This document shows, piece after piece, positions 1-8,294 of a stretch of 64,000 nucleotides of DNA; within the stretch, counting starts at the first letter, position 1, and every line of letters begins with the position of its first letter. The translations under genes were made by a program, and so were the position numbers. The notes beneath the pieces were generated by a model. That model worked only from the letters and a program-made list of their open reading frames with translations, searched no databases and was not told the origin of the DNA. Source of the DNA: an uncultured Acidobacteriota bacterium (GTDB lineage: Bacteria > Acidobacteriota > Vicinamibacteria > Vicinamibacterales > UBA2999). The stretch lies in NCBI GenBank assembly GCA_963846425.1, contig CAWJVW010000005.1, forward strand, positions 2,843,732 through 2,907,731. The letters are read 5' to 3'.

Positions 1-1
1 G

Positions 2-556
2 TTCCTGGCAGCCCAGCCTCGCGTGCCGATCGTCGCGGGCGGCAGCGGCGCGGCCGTCACCGTCATCAAGTTCAACGACTATCAATGCCCGCCGTGCGGG
101 CAGACTTTCCGCGAATACAAACCGATCCTGGCGAAACTCCAGCAGCAGCATCCTGGCAAGATTGCGTTCATCACGCGCGATTTTCCACTCGATCCCGAAT
201 GCAACACGCTCGGGGGCGGACACCAGGCGGCGTGCGAGGCTGCAGTGGCCGTTCGGCTCGCCAGAGAAAAGGGCCGCGCCCCCGAAATGGAGGACTGGCT
301 GTTCGCGAACCAGCCCACACTCACACCCGACTCGGTGCGTCAGGGCGTCTCAACGGTAGCCGGCGTGTCGGATTTCGACGCGCGCTATCCGAAAACGTTG
401 GAACTGGTTCGCGGAGATATTGCGCAGGGACAACAACTGGGAGTGCGAGGGACTCCGACGTTTTTCATGAACGGCATTCGGTTGCCCAATCTGCGTGGCG
501 AGTTTTTCGAGGCGGCGGTGGCCTGGGAGTTACGGCGGGTCGAAGCCGCGCGCTAG
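2..556 (+). CDS. DsbA-family thiol:disulfide oxidoreductase, 5'-partial (continues upstream of window)
   Basis: Frame open from base 2 with no stop. Thioredoxin-fold CPPC site (KFNDYQCPPCGQTF) and C-terminal GTPTFF motif. Stop TAG 554-556 abuts the next ATG. Confidence 0.75.
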   Translation, partial: FLAAQPRVPIVAGGSGAAVTVIKFNDYQCPPCGQTFREYKPILAKLQQQHPGKIAFITRDFPLDPECNTLGGGHQAACEAAVAVRLAREKGRAPEMEDWLFANQPTLTPDSVRQGVSTVAGVSDFDARYPKTLELVRGDIAQGQQLGVRGTPTFFMNGIRLPNLRGEFFEAAVAWELRRVEAAR

Positions 557-1516
557 ATGGCCGCGATCGAGACCGAGGCGCTTACCAAGGATTACTTCGT
601 CGGATTCTGGCGTCCGAAGCCGTCTCGTGCTCTTGATCGCCTGACCCTCTCAGTAGGGGAAGGCGAGGTCTTTGGGTTTCTTGGCCCGAATGGTGCCGGC
701 AAGAGCACCACGCTCAAGCTGCTCATGGGGCTGATGTTTCCCACCAGCGGCACGGCGCGGATCCTTGGCCAGCCGATCGGTGACCTGGCAATGCGCCGTC
801 GCATCGGCTTCCTTCCAGAAAACCCCTTCTTTTACGAGTACCTCAGTGCCGAAGAACTGCTCACGTACTACGCGGGCCTTTCCGGCATGCGCGGCCCTGG
901 CCGCGCACGACGGGTTGCAGCCGTGCTCGACGAAGTCGGTATAGGCGCAGAACGCCGTATGCGACTCCGCGCGTACTCCAAAGGCATGATTCAGCGTGTG
1001 GGCGTCGCCCAGGCGCTCGTCGGCGAGCCTGATGTGGTCTTCTTCGACGAGCCGATGTCCGGGCTCGATCCGTTCGGCCGCCGCGACCTTCGCCAGCTGA
1101 TGCTGCAGCTCCGCGATCGCGGCTGCACCGTTTTCTTCAGCTCGCACATTCTGGCCGACGCTGAGGCGTTATGCAGCCGCGTCGGCATACTCGCGCAAGG
1201 ACGTCTCGTGGCTGAGGGACGGCTCGCAGACATCGTGGCGTTCGAAACGCGCGGTTGGGAGCTGGTCTTGGCCGACGTTTCCGATGGTGTGAAGGCTCAG
1301 CTGCACGGACGCGTGCGATCGATGACGGCGCTCTCGCACAATCGCTACACCCTCGAACTCGCGCCGACCGAAGCTCCTGAGCGGCTGCTGCAGGACTTGT
1401 CCCCTCATGGCGTGCGCGTCGTGTCTCTCAACCCGATTCGGACGACGCTGGAGGACTATTTCGTGACGACTGTTCAACGAGCGGCGCAACGGGATCCAAG
1501 CGGCATCAACGGATGA
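557..1516 (+). CDS. ABC transporter ATP-binding protein (ABC-2 exporter type)
   Basis: Walker A GPNGAGKST, signature-like YSKGMIQRV, Walker B VVFFDEPMSGLD. 319 aa. ATGA overlap with the next gene. Confidence 0.9.
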   Translation: MAAIETEALTKDYFVGFWRPKPSRALDRLTLSVGEGEVFGFLGPNGAGKSTTLKLLMGLMFPTSGTARILGQPIGDLAMRRRIGFLPENPFFYEYLSAEELLTYYAGLSGMRGPGRARRVAAVLDEVGIGAERRMRLRAYSKGMIQRVGVAQALVGEPDVVFFDEPMSGLDPFGRRDLRQLMLQLRDRGCTVFFSSHILADAEALCSRVGILAQGRLVAEGRLADIVAFETRGWELVLADVSDGVKAQLHGRVRSMTALSHNRYTLELAPTEAPERLLQDLSPHGVRVVSLNPIRTTLEDYFVTTVQRAAQRDPSGING

Positions 1517-2319
1517 GAGCCATCGTCCTGGTCGCCTCCGCTGTGTTTCGCGAATCGGTTCGCGACCGCGTGCCGCTGGCGATTGCGGGGTTTGGCGTGG
1601 TGCTGGTGATGGCCTCCTATCTCATCAGCCAGATGACGGCCGGGCAGGATCTGAAGATCATCAAAGATCTCGGGCTCGCGGCGTTGAACCTTCTGGGGCT
1701 TCTCATCGCGGTGTTCATCGGCATTGGTCTGGTCGCGAAAGAGGTGGAGCGGCGCAGCATCTACAGTGTGCTCAGCCGACCACTGACGCGCGAACAATTC
1801 GTGCTGGGCAAGTTCTTCGGCGTTGCCATGACCTTGGCCGTTAATCTTGGCGCGATGTGCGTAGCCTTCTACGCGCTGCTCTTCTATCAGCAGCTGACCG
1901 TGACCGCCGCCGAGCAATCCGTCTGGCCAGCGCCGGCGGCCGATCCGCGGTTGATGGTCGCGGTGCTGCTGATGTTTGCCGAGCTGATGATCGTTACGGC
2001 CGTCGCCCTGTTCTTTTCCACGTTCAGCGGTCCTCTGACGGCCATCATGTTGACGCTCGGGTTGTGGATTGCGGGCCATTTCAACGCCGACCTGCGGAAT
2101 TTCGAAGAAGTGGTGGCGGCGCCGGCCGCGGTCTATGTCGCGCGGGGGCTCTATTACGTTCTTCCGAACCTGGCGCCGTTCAACGTGAGAGCAGAAGTCG
2201 TGCACGGCATTCCCGTTCCCGCGATGCACGTTGGGCTGACGCTTGCGTACGCTGCGGTGTACGTGTCGATGCTGTTGATTGGCGCGATAGCGATATTCCG
2301 CCGCCGGGACTTCAAATGA
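1513..2319 (+). CDS. ABC-2 family transporter permease
   Basis: 268 aa with about 6 hydrophobic segments, directly coupled to the ATPase (ATGA overlaps on both sides). NosY/ABC-2-like by composition. Confidence 0.8.
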   Translation: MRAIVLVASAVFRESVRDRVPLAIAGFGVVLVMASYLISQMTAGQDLKIIKDLGLAALNLLGLLIAVFIGIGLVAKEVERRSIYSVLSRPLTREQFVLGKFFGVAMTLAVNLGAMCVAFYALLFYQQLTVTAAEQSVWPAPAADPRLMVAVLLMFAELMIVTAVALFFSTFSGPLTAIMLTLGLWIAGHFNADLRNFEEVVAAPAAVYVARGLYYVLPNLAPFNVRAEVVHGIPVPAMHVGLTLAYAAVYVSMLLIGAIAIFRRRDFK

Positions 2320-3200
2320 AGGACCTGTTCGCAATTGCGCTTCTCATCGCGACGGCCGTCCCGCTGCAGGTATGGCGCGACCGCGGTTGGCGGGCTTACG
2401 AGCCCCCGACACCCGTGATCTGGCTGCACGCTGGATCCGCTATCCAGCGATTGGCACTCGGGTTCGATACCTTGATCGCTGATCTCTACTGGATTCGGGC
2501 CGTCGTGTATTTCGGGCGCCAACGGCTGTCGGAGGAGCCGGACAAAAACTACGATCTCCTGTATCCATTGCTCGAGGTCGTCACGACGCTCGATCCACGG
2601 TTCACTGTGGCCTACCGCTTCGGGGCGATCTTTTTGTCCGAACAACCTCCGAACGGTCCGGGTCGTTCCGATCTCGCAGTGGCTCTCCTGCAGCGCGGCG
2701 TCGCAGTGTCACCCGAACGATGGGAATATCTGCACGCCATTGGCTTTGTTCATTACTGGAGCCATCGTAATTACGCCGAAGCCGCCGAGTGGCTGGAGCG
2801 CGCCTCTCAGGTCCAGGGCGCTCCGATTTGGCTGAAATCAACGGCCGCCTTGATGCGGGCCGAGGCGGGCGATCGACAGTCGGCCCGCGTGCTGTGGAGG
2901 CAATTGCACGATAGCGCCGATGACGAGTCGCTCAGAAACCTGGCGGATATTCGGATCGCCCAATTCGACGCGCTGGATGCGATTGATGCGCTCAATGACA
3001 TGGTCGGGCGATTCGAGACTCGCACAGGACGTCAGGCGCGAGACTGGCAGGAGCTGATTGAGGCCGGGGTGGTGCCTCGCGTGCCTCTTGACCCTGCGGG
3101 TGTGCCCTACATCCTCGATGCCATCACTGATGATGTGCGCCTTTCGGAAAAATCGCCACTCTGGCCGCTTCCGACAGGACTCGAGTCGTCCGCCCCGTGA
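2316..3200 (+). CDS. Hypothetical membrane-anchored helical-repeat (TPR-like) protein
   Basis: Start taken at ATG 2316 (ATGA overlap with the permease stop); the 447-aa track ORF from 1857 is an over-extension. One N-terminal TM helix, then a helical-repeat region (YAEAAEWLERA...). No family recognised with certainty. Confidence 0.5.
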   Translation: MKDLFAIALLIATAVPLQVWRDRGWRAYEPPTPVIWLHAGSAIQRLALGFDTLIADLYWIRAVVYFGRQRLSEEPDKNYDLLYPLLEVVTTLDPRFTVAYRFGAIFLSEQPPNGPGRSDLAVALLQRGVAVSPERWEYLHAIGFVHYWSHRNYAEAAEWLERASQVQGAPIWLKSTAALMRAEAGDRQSARVLWRQLHDSADDESLRNLADIRIAQFDALDAIDALNDMVGRFETRTGRQARDWQELIEAGVVPRVPLDPAGVPYILDAITDDVRLSEKSPLWPLPTGLESSAP

Positions 3201-3967
3201 TGACGTCCCCATTCGGGTTGGCGCTCGCCGCCATCGGGGGGCTCATCGTCGGCAGCTTCCTTAACGTCTGCATTTATCGGCTCCCCCGTCGTGAGTCGAT
3301 CGTGTCGCCGGGGTCACGTTGCCGTGGCTGCGGCAAACCCGTTCGATGGTTTGACAATATCCCGATCATCAGTTGGCTGGCCTTACGCGGCCGATGCCGC
3401 GAGTGTGGAACGGCGATTTCGCTGCAATATCCGATCGTGGAAGCGCTCACGGCCCTGGTCGCGATGGCCATCGTGACGTTCACGCCGCCAGGCGCCCTGC
3501 TAATCAGTCGACTCGTACTGGGGGCCCTGTTGATCGTGTTGTTCATGATCGACCTCGAACACCAGATATTGCCCAATGCGGTCACGCTGCCGGGCATTGT
3601 CGTGGGATTCCTGCTGAGTTTCATCGGCTCACCGGGGCCGGTGAGCTCTCTGATTGGCATTGCGCTAGGGGCCGGTGTTCTCTATGCGATCTCGGCCGGG
3701 TATTACCTGGTTCGCAGGGAGGAAGGCATGGGCATGGGCGACGTCAAAATGCTCGCCATGATCGGTGCCTTTCTCGGGTGGCCCGCGGTGCTTGTCACGC
3801 TCGTGCTGTCGTCGCTGGCCGGCGCCGTCATCGGGGTGGCATTGATACTGTTCACGCGCGCCGATATGCGCCACGCCATGCCCTTCGGGACCTTTCTCGC
3901 GCTTGCCGCGCTGATTGCCATGCTGGCCGGAGATTCAATTGTGGCGTGGTACATAGGTCGCCTGTGA
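3197..3967 (+). CDS. pilD: Prepilin peptidase (A24 family, PilD-like)
   Basis: N-terminal Cys-rich domain (GSRCRGCGKPVRWFDNIPIISWLALRGRCRECG), polytopic membrane protein, conserved GMGMGDVK aspartyl-protease motif. Start overlaps the upstream stop. Confidence 0.9.
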   Translation: MMTSPFGLALAAIGGLIVGSFLNVCIYRLPRRESIVSPGSRCRGCGKPVRWFDNIPIISWLALRGRCRECGTAISLQYPIVEALTALVAMAIVTFTPPGALLISRLVLGALLIVLFMIDLEHQILPNAVTLPGIVVGFLLSFIGSPGPVSSLIGIALGAGVLYAISAGYYLVRREEGMGMGDVKMLAMIGAFLGWPAVLVTLVLSSLAGAVIGVALILFTRADMRHAMPFGTFLALAALIAMLAGDSIVAWYIGRL

Positions 3968-5205
3968 ATGCCACAGGATATGCGTTCCTTGCGGTGACGG
4001 CGATCGTGGGCGCGCTCGGGGCCGTATTGGCTTTTGTGCTCCTGCGGTACCTGGCGGGGGCACGCGATGCTCGGCGCATCGACGTCCACGACAGAGACTC
4101 CGCGACGCTCGAGGCTGTCATCGAGAAGTTGAAGGCACGAGAGCAGGAGATGGCCGCACGCGCCGAGGCTTCGGACCGGCTGCGCACCGAGATCGTCGCG
4201 AGCCTTTTGTCGGGGCTGATCGTCGTTGACAGCGCCGGCAACCTGCAAATCGTGAACCCCGCGGCGCGCCGTATCCTTCAGAGCGAAGATGTGGCTGACG
4301 GGACAGACGGCACGCTGCTGAACGACGCGGCGGCGCTCAGGAGCGTGATCGAAGAATCGCTGAAGACTGGCGAGCCGATTGTGCGTCGAACGGTGATTGT
4401 CGAACGTGCGAACGGACCGATGCATCTCGGCGTGACGGTTTCGCCGTTGACGGCGGCAAGCGGCGCCGGGGGCGCCATTTGCCTGTTCAGCGACTTGACC
4501 TCGGTTATCGCGCTCGAAGAGCAGCTGCAGATGAAGGAAGCGCTCGCGAGATTGGGAGAATTGACCGCGGGGCTCGCGCACGAGTTTCGAAACGGGCTCG
4601 CGACCATCCATGGATATGCCCGGCTGCTGGAGCCATCGGCCCTGCCACCATTACAGCGTCCATATCTCGAAGGCATCCGGGAAGAAACCGATTCGCTCGG
4701 CAAGATCGTCACCAACTTTCTCAACTTCGCAAAGCCCGATCCGCTCGTGCTCGCCCCGCTCGATTTGCGCCGTCTTATCGTGCAGGCGGCAGAGGATGTC
4801 GCGACTGCACGCGTCACCTGCTCCGGCGACTTTGGCGACGTGGACGGAGACGAGGTCTTGCTGCGACAGGCGCTCAGCAATTTATTCCGCAACAGCGTCG
4901 AGGCGTGCGGTGCAGCAGGAGTCCCCGCGGTCATCAGCGTAACCGGGACGATCGATCGCCCCCAGCACACGATCGCTCTCACGGTCACTGATAATGGACC
5001 AGGCATACAGGCCGAGGCACTACCCCGCCTTTTTCAGCCGTTTTTTACGACGCGCGCCGGGGGCACCGGTCTTGGACTGGCCATCGTTCAAAAAATCATC
5101 GTGAGTCACAACGGGCGCATTTCGGCGGGGAATAGACCCGAGGGCGGCGCGGTTTTTCATGTCGTACTGCCGCTGCCCTCCGTGCGCGGGTCCTTGGAAA
5201 ACTGA
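3964..5205 (+). CDS. Sensor histidine kinase (TM + PAS + HisKA + HATPase; PilS/NtrB-like)
   Basis: Start GTG 3964 (GTGA overlap with the pilD stop); the track ORF from 3373 is an over-extension. TM helix, PAS-like LIVVDSAGNLQIVNPAARRIL, H-box LAHEFRNGLATIHGY, N box NLFRNSVEA, G boxes DNGPGI / GGTGLGLAIV. Confidence 0.85.
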   Translation: MNATGYAFLAVTAIVGALGAVLAFVLLRYLAGARDARRIDVHDRDSATLEAVIEKLKAREQEMAARAEASDRLRTEIVASLLSGLIVVDSAGNLQIVNPAARRILQSEDVADGTDGTLLNDAAALRSVIEESLKTGEPIVRRTVIVERANGPMHLGVTVSPLTAASGAGGAICLFSDLTSVIALEEQLQMKEALARLGELTAGLAHEFRNGLATIHGYARLLEPSALPPLQRPYLEGIREETDSLGKIVTNFLNFAKPDPLVLAPLDLRRLIVQAAEDVATARVTCSGDFGDVDGDEVLLRQALSNLFRNSVEACGAAGVPAVISVTGTIDRPQHTIALTVTDNGPGIQAEALPRLFQPFFTTRAGGTGLGLAIVQKIIVSHNGRISAGNRPEGGAVFHVVLPLPSVRGSLEN

Positions 5206-5339
5206 AAGCGCCCCGAGCGCAGAAACCTCACGTCCTACACGGCGCACAGCGATCAGTTACTGCCTCCGACCAAGGTCATGCCAATTGGCGTGTGCCTGAA
5301 AGTCGAGAACTTCGGTGAATCGCACGCTGCAATGCGAGC

Positions 5340-5354
5340 GGTCTCAGCTTTGCA
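5340..5354 (+). promoter_or_regulatory. Weak candidate sigma54 (-24/-12) promoter upstream of the pseudopilin genes
   Basis: GGTCTCAGCTTTGCA has the correct GG-N10-GC spacing and a perfect -12 TTGCA, but a poor -24 (GGTCTC versus TGGCAC). It sits only about 16 nt before ATG 5370. A sigma54 activator is encoded downstream. Confidence 0.25.
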
Positions 5355-5369
5355 CTTTTCCGGGGCCTC

Positions 5370-5867
5370 ATGCCTGGCCGCCGTTACCCAAACGCCGCTG
5401 GATTCTCACTCGTGGAGGCACTGATCGCGTCCCTGCTCGCCGCATCAGCCATCGTCGGCCTGGCACACCTGGTGACGATGGCGGCGGAGCAGTCGCTTAC
5501 CAGCCGCCGCGCGGCGAGCGCGCTGACGATCGCTCAAGGCAAGCTCGAGCAGCTTCGACGATTGCCATTTTGGTACAGAAACGACGGAACGCGATTCACG
5601 AGCGCAGGTCTTGCGATCTCGCCTATGCAATCGATTCAGGAAGATACGTCGGGGTATGTCGAGTATCTGGACAGCTTTGGCGAAGTCGTTGCGCTGGACG
5701 GAAGTGTGGCACCTGATTTCGCGCGGCGCTGGTCTGTTTCGACCTTGGATTCAGGCGATTACGACACGTTGGTCCTGCATGTCTGTGTGTTTACGGTGCT
5801 CGGACCATCCGCACGCGGCGCGATGCCTGTGGCGTGCGCATCCGGAATTCGCACGAGGCAGCCGTGA
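5370..5867 (+). CDS. Prepilin-type N-terminal cleavage/methylation domain protein (PilV-like minor pilin/pseudopilin)
   Basis: Short basic leader ending in Gly, then FSLVEALIASLLAASAIVGL (class III signal, G|FSLVE). Confidence 0.8.
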   Translation: MPGRRYPNAAGFSLVEALIASLLAASAIVGLAHLVTMAAEQSLTSRRAASALTIAQGKLEQLRRLPFWYRNDGTRFTSAGLAISPMQSIQEDTSGYVEYLDSFGEVVALDGSVAPDFARRWSVSTLDSGDYDTLVLHVCVFTVLGPSARGAMPVACASGIRTRQP

Positions 5868-6997
5868 GCGATCGAGGGTTCACGTTGACCGAGCTACTGA
5901 TCGCGTGCCTGCTGCTCATGGCCGTGACGGCGGCCATTGCCGCACTTGCCGTGCCAGCTCGAAATGCATTCGATCGGACTCTGGGCGCTGCTGATCTCAG
6001 CGGGGGCAGTCGTGCGGCGCTCGAACGGATGATGCACGACGTGCGCGAGGCTGGCAGCAGTGCCGCGATCGAGGTTCGTCGCATCGGACTTGCCGATGTG
6101 ATGGCGACAGCCGTTCCGCTTGTCAGTCTCGATGATCCCAGCGTATCGGCGCCAGCCCGAGCTCTGAGAATTACGCGGATCGGTCTGGCGGCGCCACAAG
6201 GTGTCCTGAGTCAGACCGTCGGTGCTGGTGCAACGACGCTCCAACTCGACACGTCGCTGCGTTGCGCGAAGGTGGGTCTCGCGTGCGGTTTTGCGCCTGG
6301 CATGCCTGCTGTCATCTTCGATACGGCACGGTCCGCCACGGTTTCTATCGGGGCGATCGGCGTAGGAGGCTTCATCCAGCTGACATCGGGATTGCCGACG
6401 GGATTCGAACCGGGCGCCATCGTGGCTGCAATCGCCTCGGCGGCTTATGGGTTGCGGTCGAACGCCGATGGCAGTCAACGATTGGTGCGTATCTCGCCAG
6501 GCGGGGCCGAGCAACCCATCCTGCAGAATGTCGTCGATTTCGATGTGCACATCGAGGGTCGAAGTGCTGCGCCACAGCGTAGCGATGCAGCCGAACCGTG
6601 GCCGACCTACGGCCCGGCGCCGCCGGCACTGGACCAGGACGATCTTCGCGACGCATGGGGGGCAGGGGAGAACTGCACAATCGCGCGTGATGGAGAGGGG
6701 CAGCCGATTCCGCGACTTGCGACCCTTGCCTCAGATTCGGAGCCGGTGCCACTCACAACGGCGCTGATTACCGATGGGCCGTGGTGTGCCGACGTGTCGG
6801 ATTCTTCTCGATATGACGCTGACCTCCTGCGCGTCAGCGCGATCGAGGTGCGGCTCCGTGTGGAGGCCGCATCCGCCGTGCTGCGCGGTCCCGCGGGGCG
6901 GCTGTTCCGGCGACCCGGAACCGAGCGCAACGCCTCACGATGGGTGCCGGACGTCGAACTGCGACTGACGGTGAGGATTCGGAATGTTGTGCACTGA
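5864..6997 (+). CDS. Prepilin-type N-terminal domain protein (PilW-like minor pilin/pseudopilin)
   Basis: RG|FTLTELLIACLLLMAVTAAIAAL class III signal. GTG 5864 overlaps the upstream stop (GTGA); the alternative start is ATG 5834. Confidence 0.7.
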   Translation: MSDRGFTLTELLIACLLLMAVTAAIAALAVPARNAFDRTLGAADLSGGSRAALERMMHDVREAGSSAAIEVRRIGLADVMATAVPLVSLDDPSVSAPARALRITRIGLAAPQGVLSQTVGAGATTLQLDTSLRCAKVGLACGFAPGMPAVIFDTARSATVSIGAIGVGGFIQLTSGLPTGFEPGAIVAAIASAAYGLRSNADGSQRLVRISPGGAEQPILQNVVDFDVHIEGRSAAPQRSDAAEPWPTYGPAPPALDQDDLRDAWGAGENCTIARDGEGQPIPRLATLASDSEPVPLTTALITDGPWCADVSDSSRYDADLLRVSAIEVRLRVEAASAVLRGPAGRLFRRPGTERNASRWVPDVELRLTVRIRNVVH

Positions 6998-7694
6998 CCG
7001 TGGAATCGCGCTGATCGTGACGCTTTTGGCAATCAGCCTGTTCACCGCGCTGGGGCTCGGCCTTTCGCTGGCCTCGTCGGCTGCCCGCCTCGCAGACCAC
7101 AATCACGAGGACGCTGTGGCGCTGTTGAACGCGGCGGAATCTGCATTGGAGCTTGCGGCGCGCGACTTGTCAGCGATCGCCGACTGGAATCGTGTGCTGG
7201 ATGGGTCAGCACGATCGCCGGCGGTTGACGGTGTTCCGGGAGGCATTCGGACCATGCCGGCTGGCGGGAGTCTCGATCTCACTCGCCTCACGAATCAAGT
7301 GACGTGCGGTTCTGACACCCTGTGTTCGGACGCGCAGCGCGCAAGCAGCACTGCCGAGCGGCCGTGGGGCGCTGACAATCCGCGATGGGGCCTGTTCATG
7401 CACACCCCGCTCACGGCACTAAACAATGCGCGACTGCGCCAGGCCGTCTACATCATCGTCTGGATAGGCGATGATGCGGGAGAAACGGACGGTGATCCAG
7501 GTGTAGACGGCGGCAGTCCCGGCGGGGAAGGCCGACATGTGCTTCGAGCTCGCGCAGAGGCCTTTGGGGCAGATGGCGCCAGACGAGCAATTGAAGCGGA
7601 GCTTGTCCGTTTCTGTCGTCTCGAGGGAGTTGTCGAGATTTGCATGCCCGGCACCCGCGTGCGTTCCTGGCGCGTTGCCACGGCTGTCCCGTGA
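6984..7694 (+). CDS. PilX/GspK-like pseudopilin-associated protein
   Basis: N-terminus DRGIALIVTLLAISLFTALGLGL resembles the PilX_N/GspK-type hydrophobic segment (no Glu5). Overlaps the upstream gene by 14 nt. Confidence 0.55.
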   Translation: MLCTDRGIALIVTLLAISLFTALGLGLSLASSAARLADHNHEDAVALLNAAESALELAARDLSAIADWNRVLDGSARSPAVDGVPGGIRTMPAGGSLDLTRLTNQVTCGSDTLCSDAQRASSTAERPWGADNPRWGLFMHTPLTALNNARLRQAVYIIVWIGDDAGETDGDPGVDGGSPGGEGRHVLRARAEAFGADGARRAIEAELVRFCRLEGVVEICMPGTRVRSWRVATAVP

Positions 7695-7753
7695 TCTGTT
7701 GCATGGTCGCGTCGTTACGATCAATGGTTCGTAAGCAGCCATTCCACCGACGA

Positions 7754-8294
7754 ATGAAAGAAGTCCTCGTCCTCGGTCTTTCGCTCAGCGCACTATTCTT
7801 GCCATTGGCCGCAATCGCCCAATCCCTTGCTGATGTGGCGAGGGAGGAAGAGGCGCGACGAAAAACCGTGAAGCTGCCCGGCAGGGTCTACACGAACGCC
7901 GACCTGAAGCCGGTGGCCTCCACAGTCTCCGGTACTGGGCGCACCAGTTGGACCTCCGGACTTGTTATCGCCCGAGAAAGATAACGACTCCGATAAAGGC
8001 GATGAGCCCGACAAAGGCGAGGCGTACTGGAAGGCGTTAATCACGGCCGCTCGCGGTGCGCTGGATCGCAGCCGCGTCCTCGCCGATGCGCTGCAGAGTC
8101 GGTTGAATGCCTTAGCTACTGACATCGTGAACCGGGACGATCCCGCCGAGCGCGCGCAGCTCGAGATCGAACGTCGGCGAGCGTTGAGTGAGCTCGACAG
8201 AACGAACGCAGAAATCGCAGAGCAGACGAAGGCAATCGCCGACATTCAGGAAGACGCGCGCAAGGCCGGGGTACCGCCAGGTTGGTTGCGGTGA
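7754..8294 (+). pseudogene. Secreted coiled-coil protein, apparently split by a +1 frameshift (ORFs 7754-7984 and 7962-8294)
   Basis: ATG 7754 gives signal peptide MKEVLVLGLSLSALFLPLAAIAQS. The second frame is open from 7908 and encodes an acidic linker plus a coiled coil ending ...GVPPGWLR. GC3 switches frame near 7955. The two halves look like one protein. Confidence 0.5.

Noticed and set aside
5283-5300. Second sigma54-like site TTGGCGTGTGCCTGAAA in the kinase-pseudopilin spacer
   Set aside because: Good -24 half (TTGGCgtG) but no GC dinucleotide at the -12 position (TGAA). Worse overall than the 5340-5354 candidate, which is itself weak.
5315-5716. 133-aa ORF overlapping the first pseudopilin gene in another frame
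   Set aside because: The overlapping frame from 5370 has a textbook class III signal peptide. The 5315 ORF has no features.
7900-7990. Programmed +1 ribosomal frameshifting as the explanation for the three frame shifts (also about 57780 and about 63045)
   Set aside because: No shared slippery or hungry-codon motif, no prfB-like SD-stop context, and unrelated gene families. One site is a simple C4 homopolymer. Indel error or mutation is more parsimonious.
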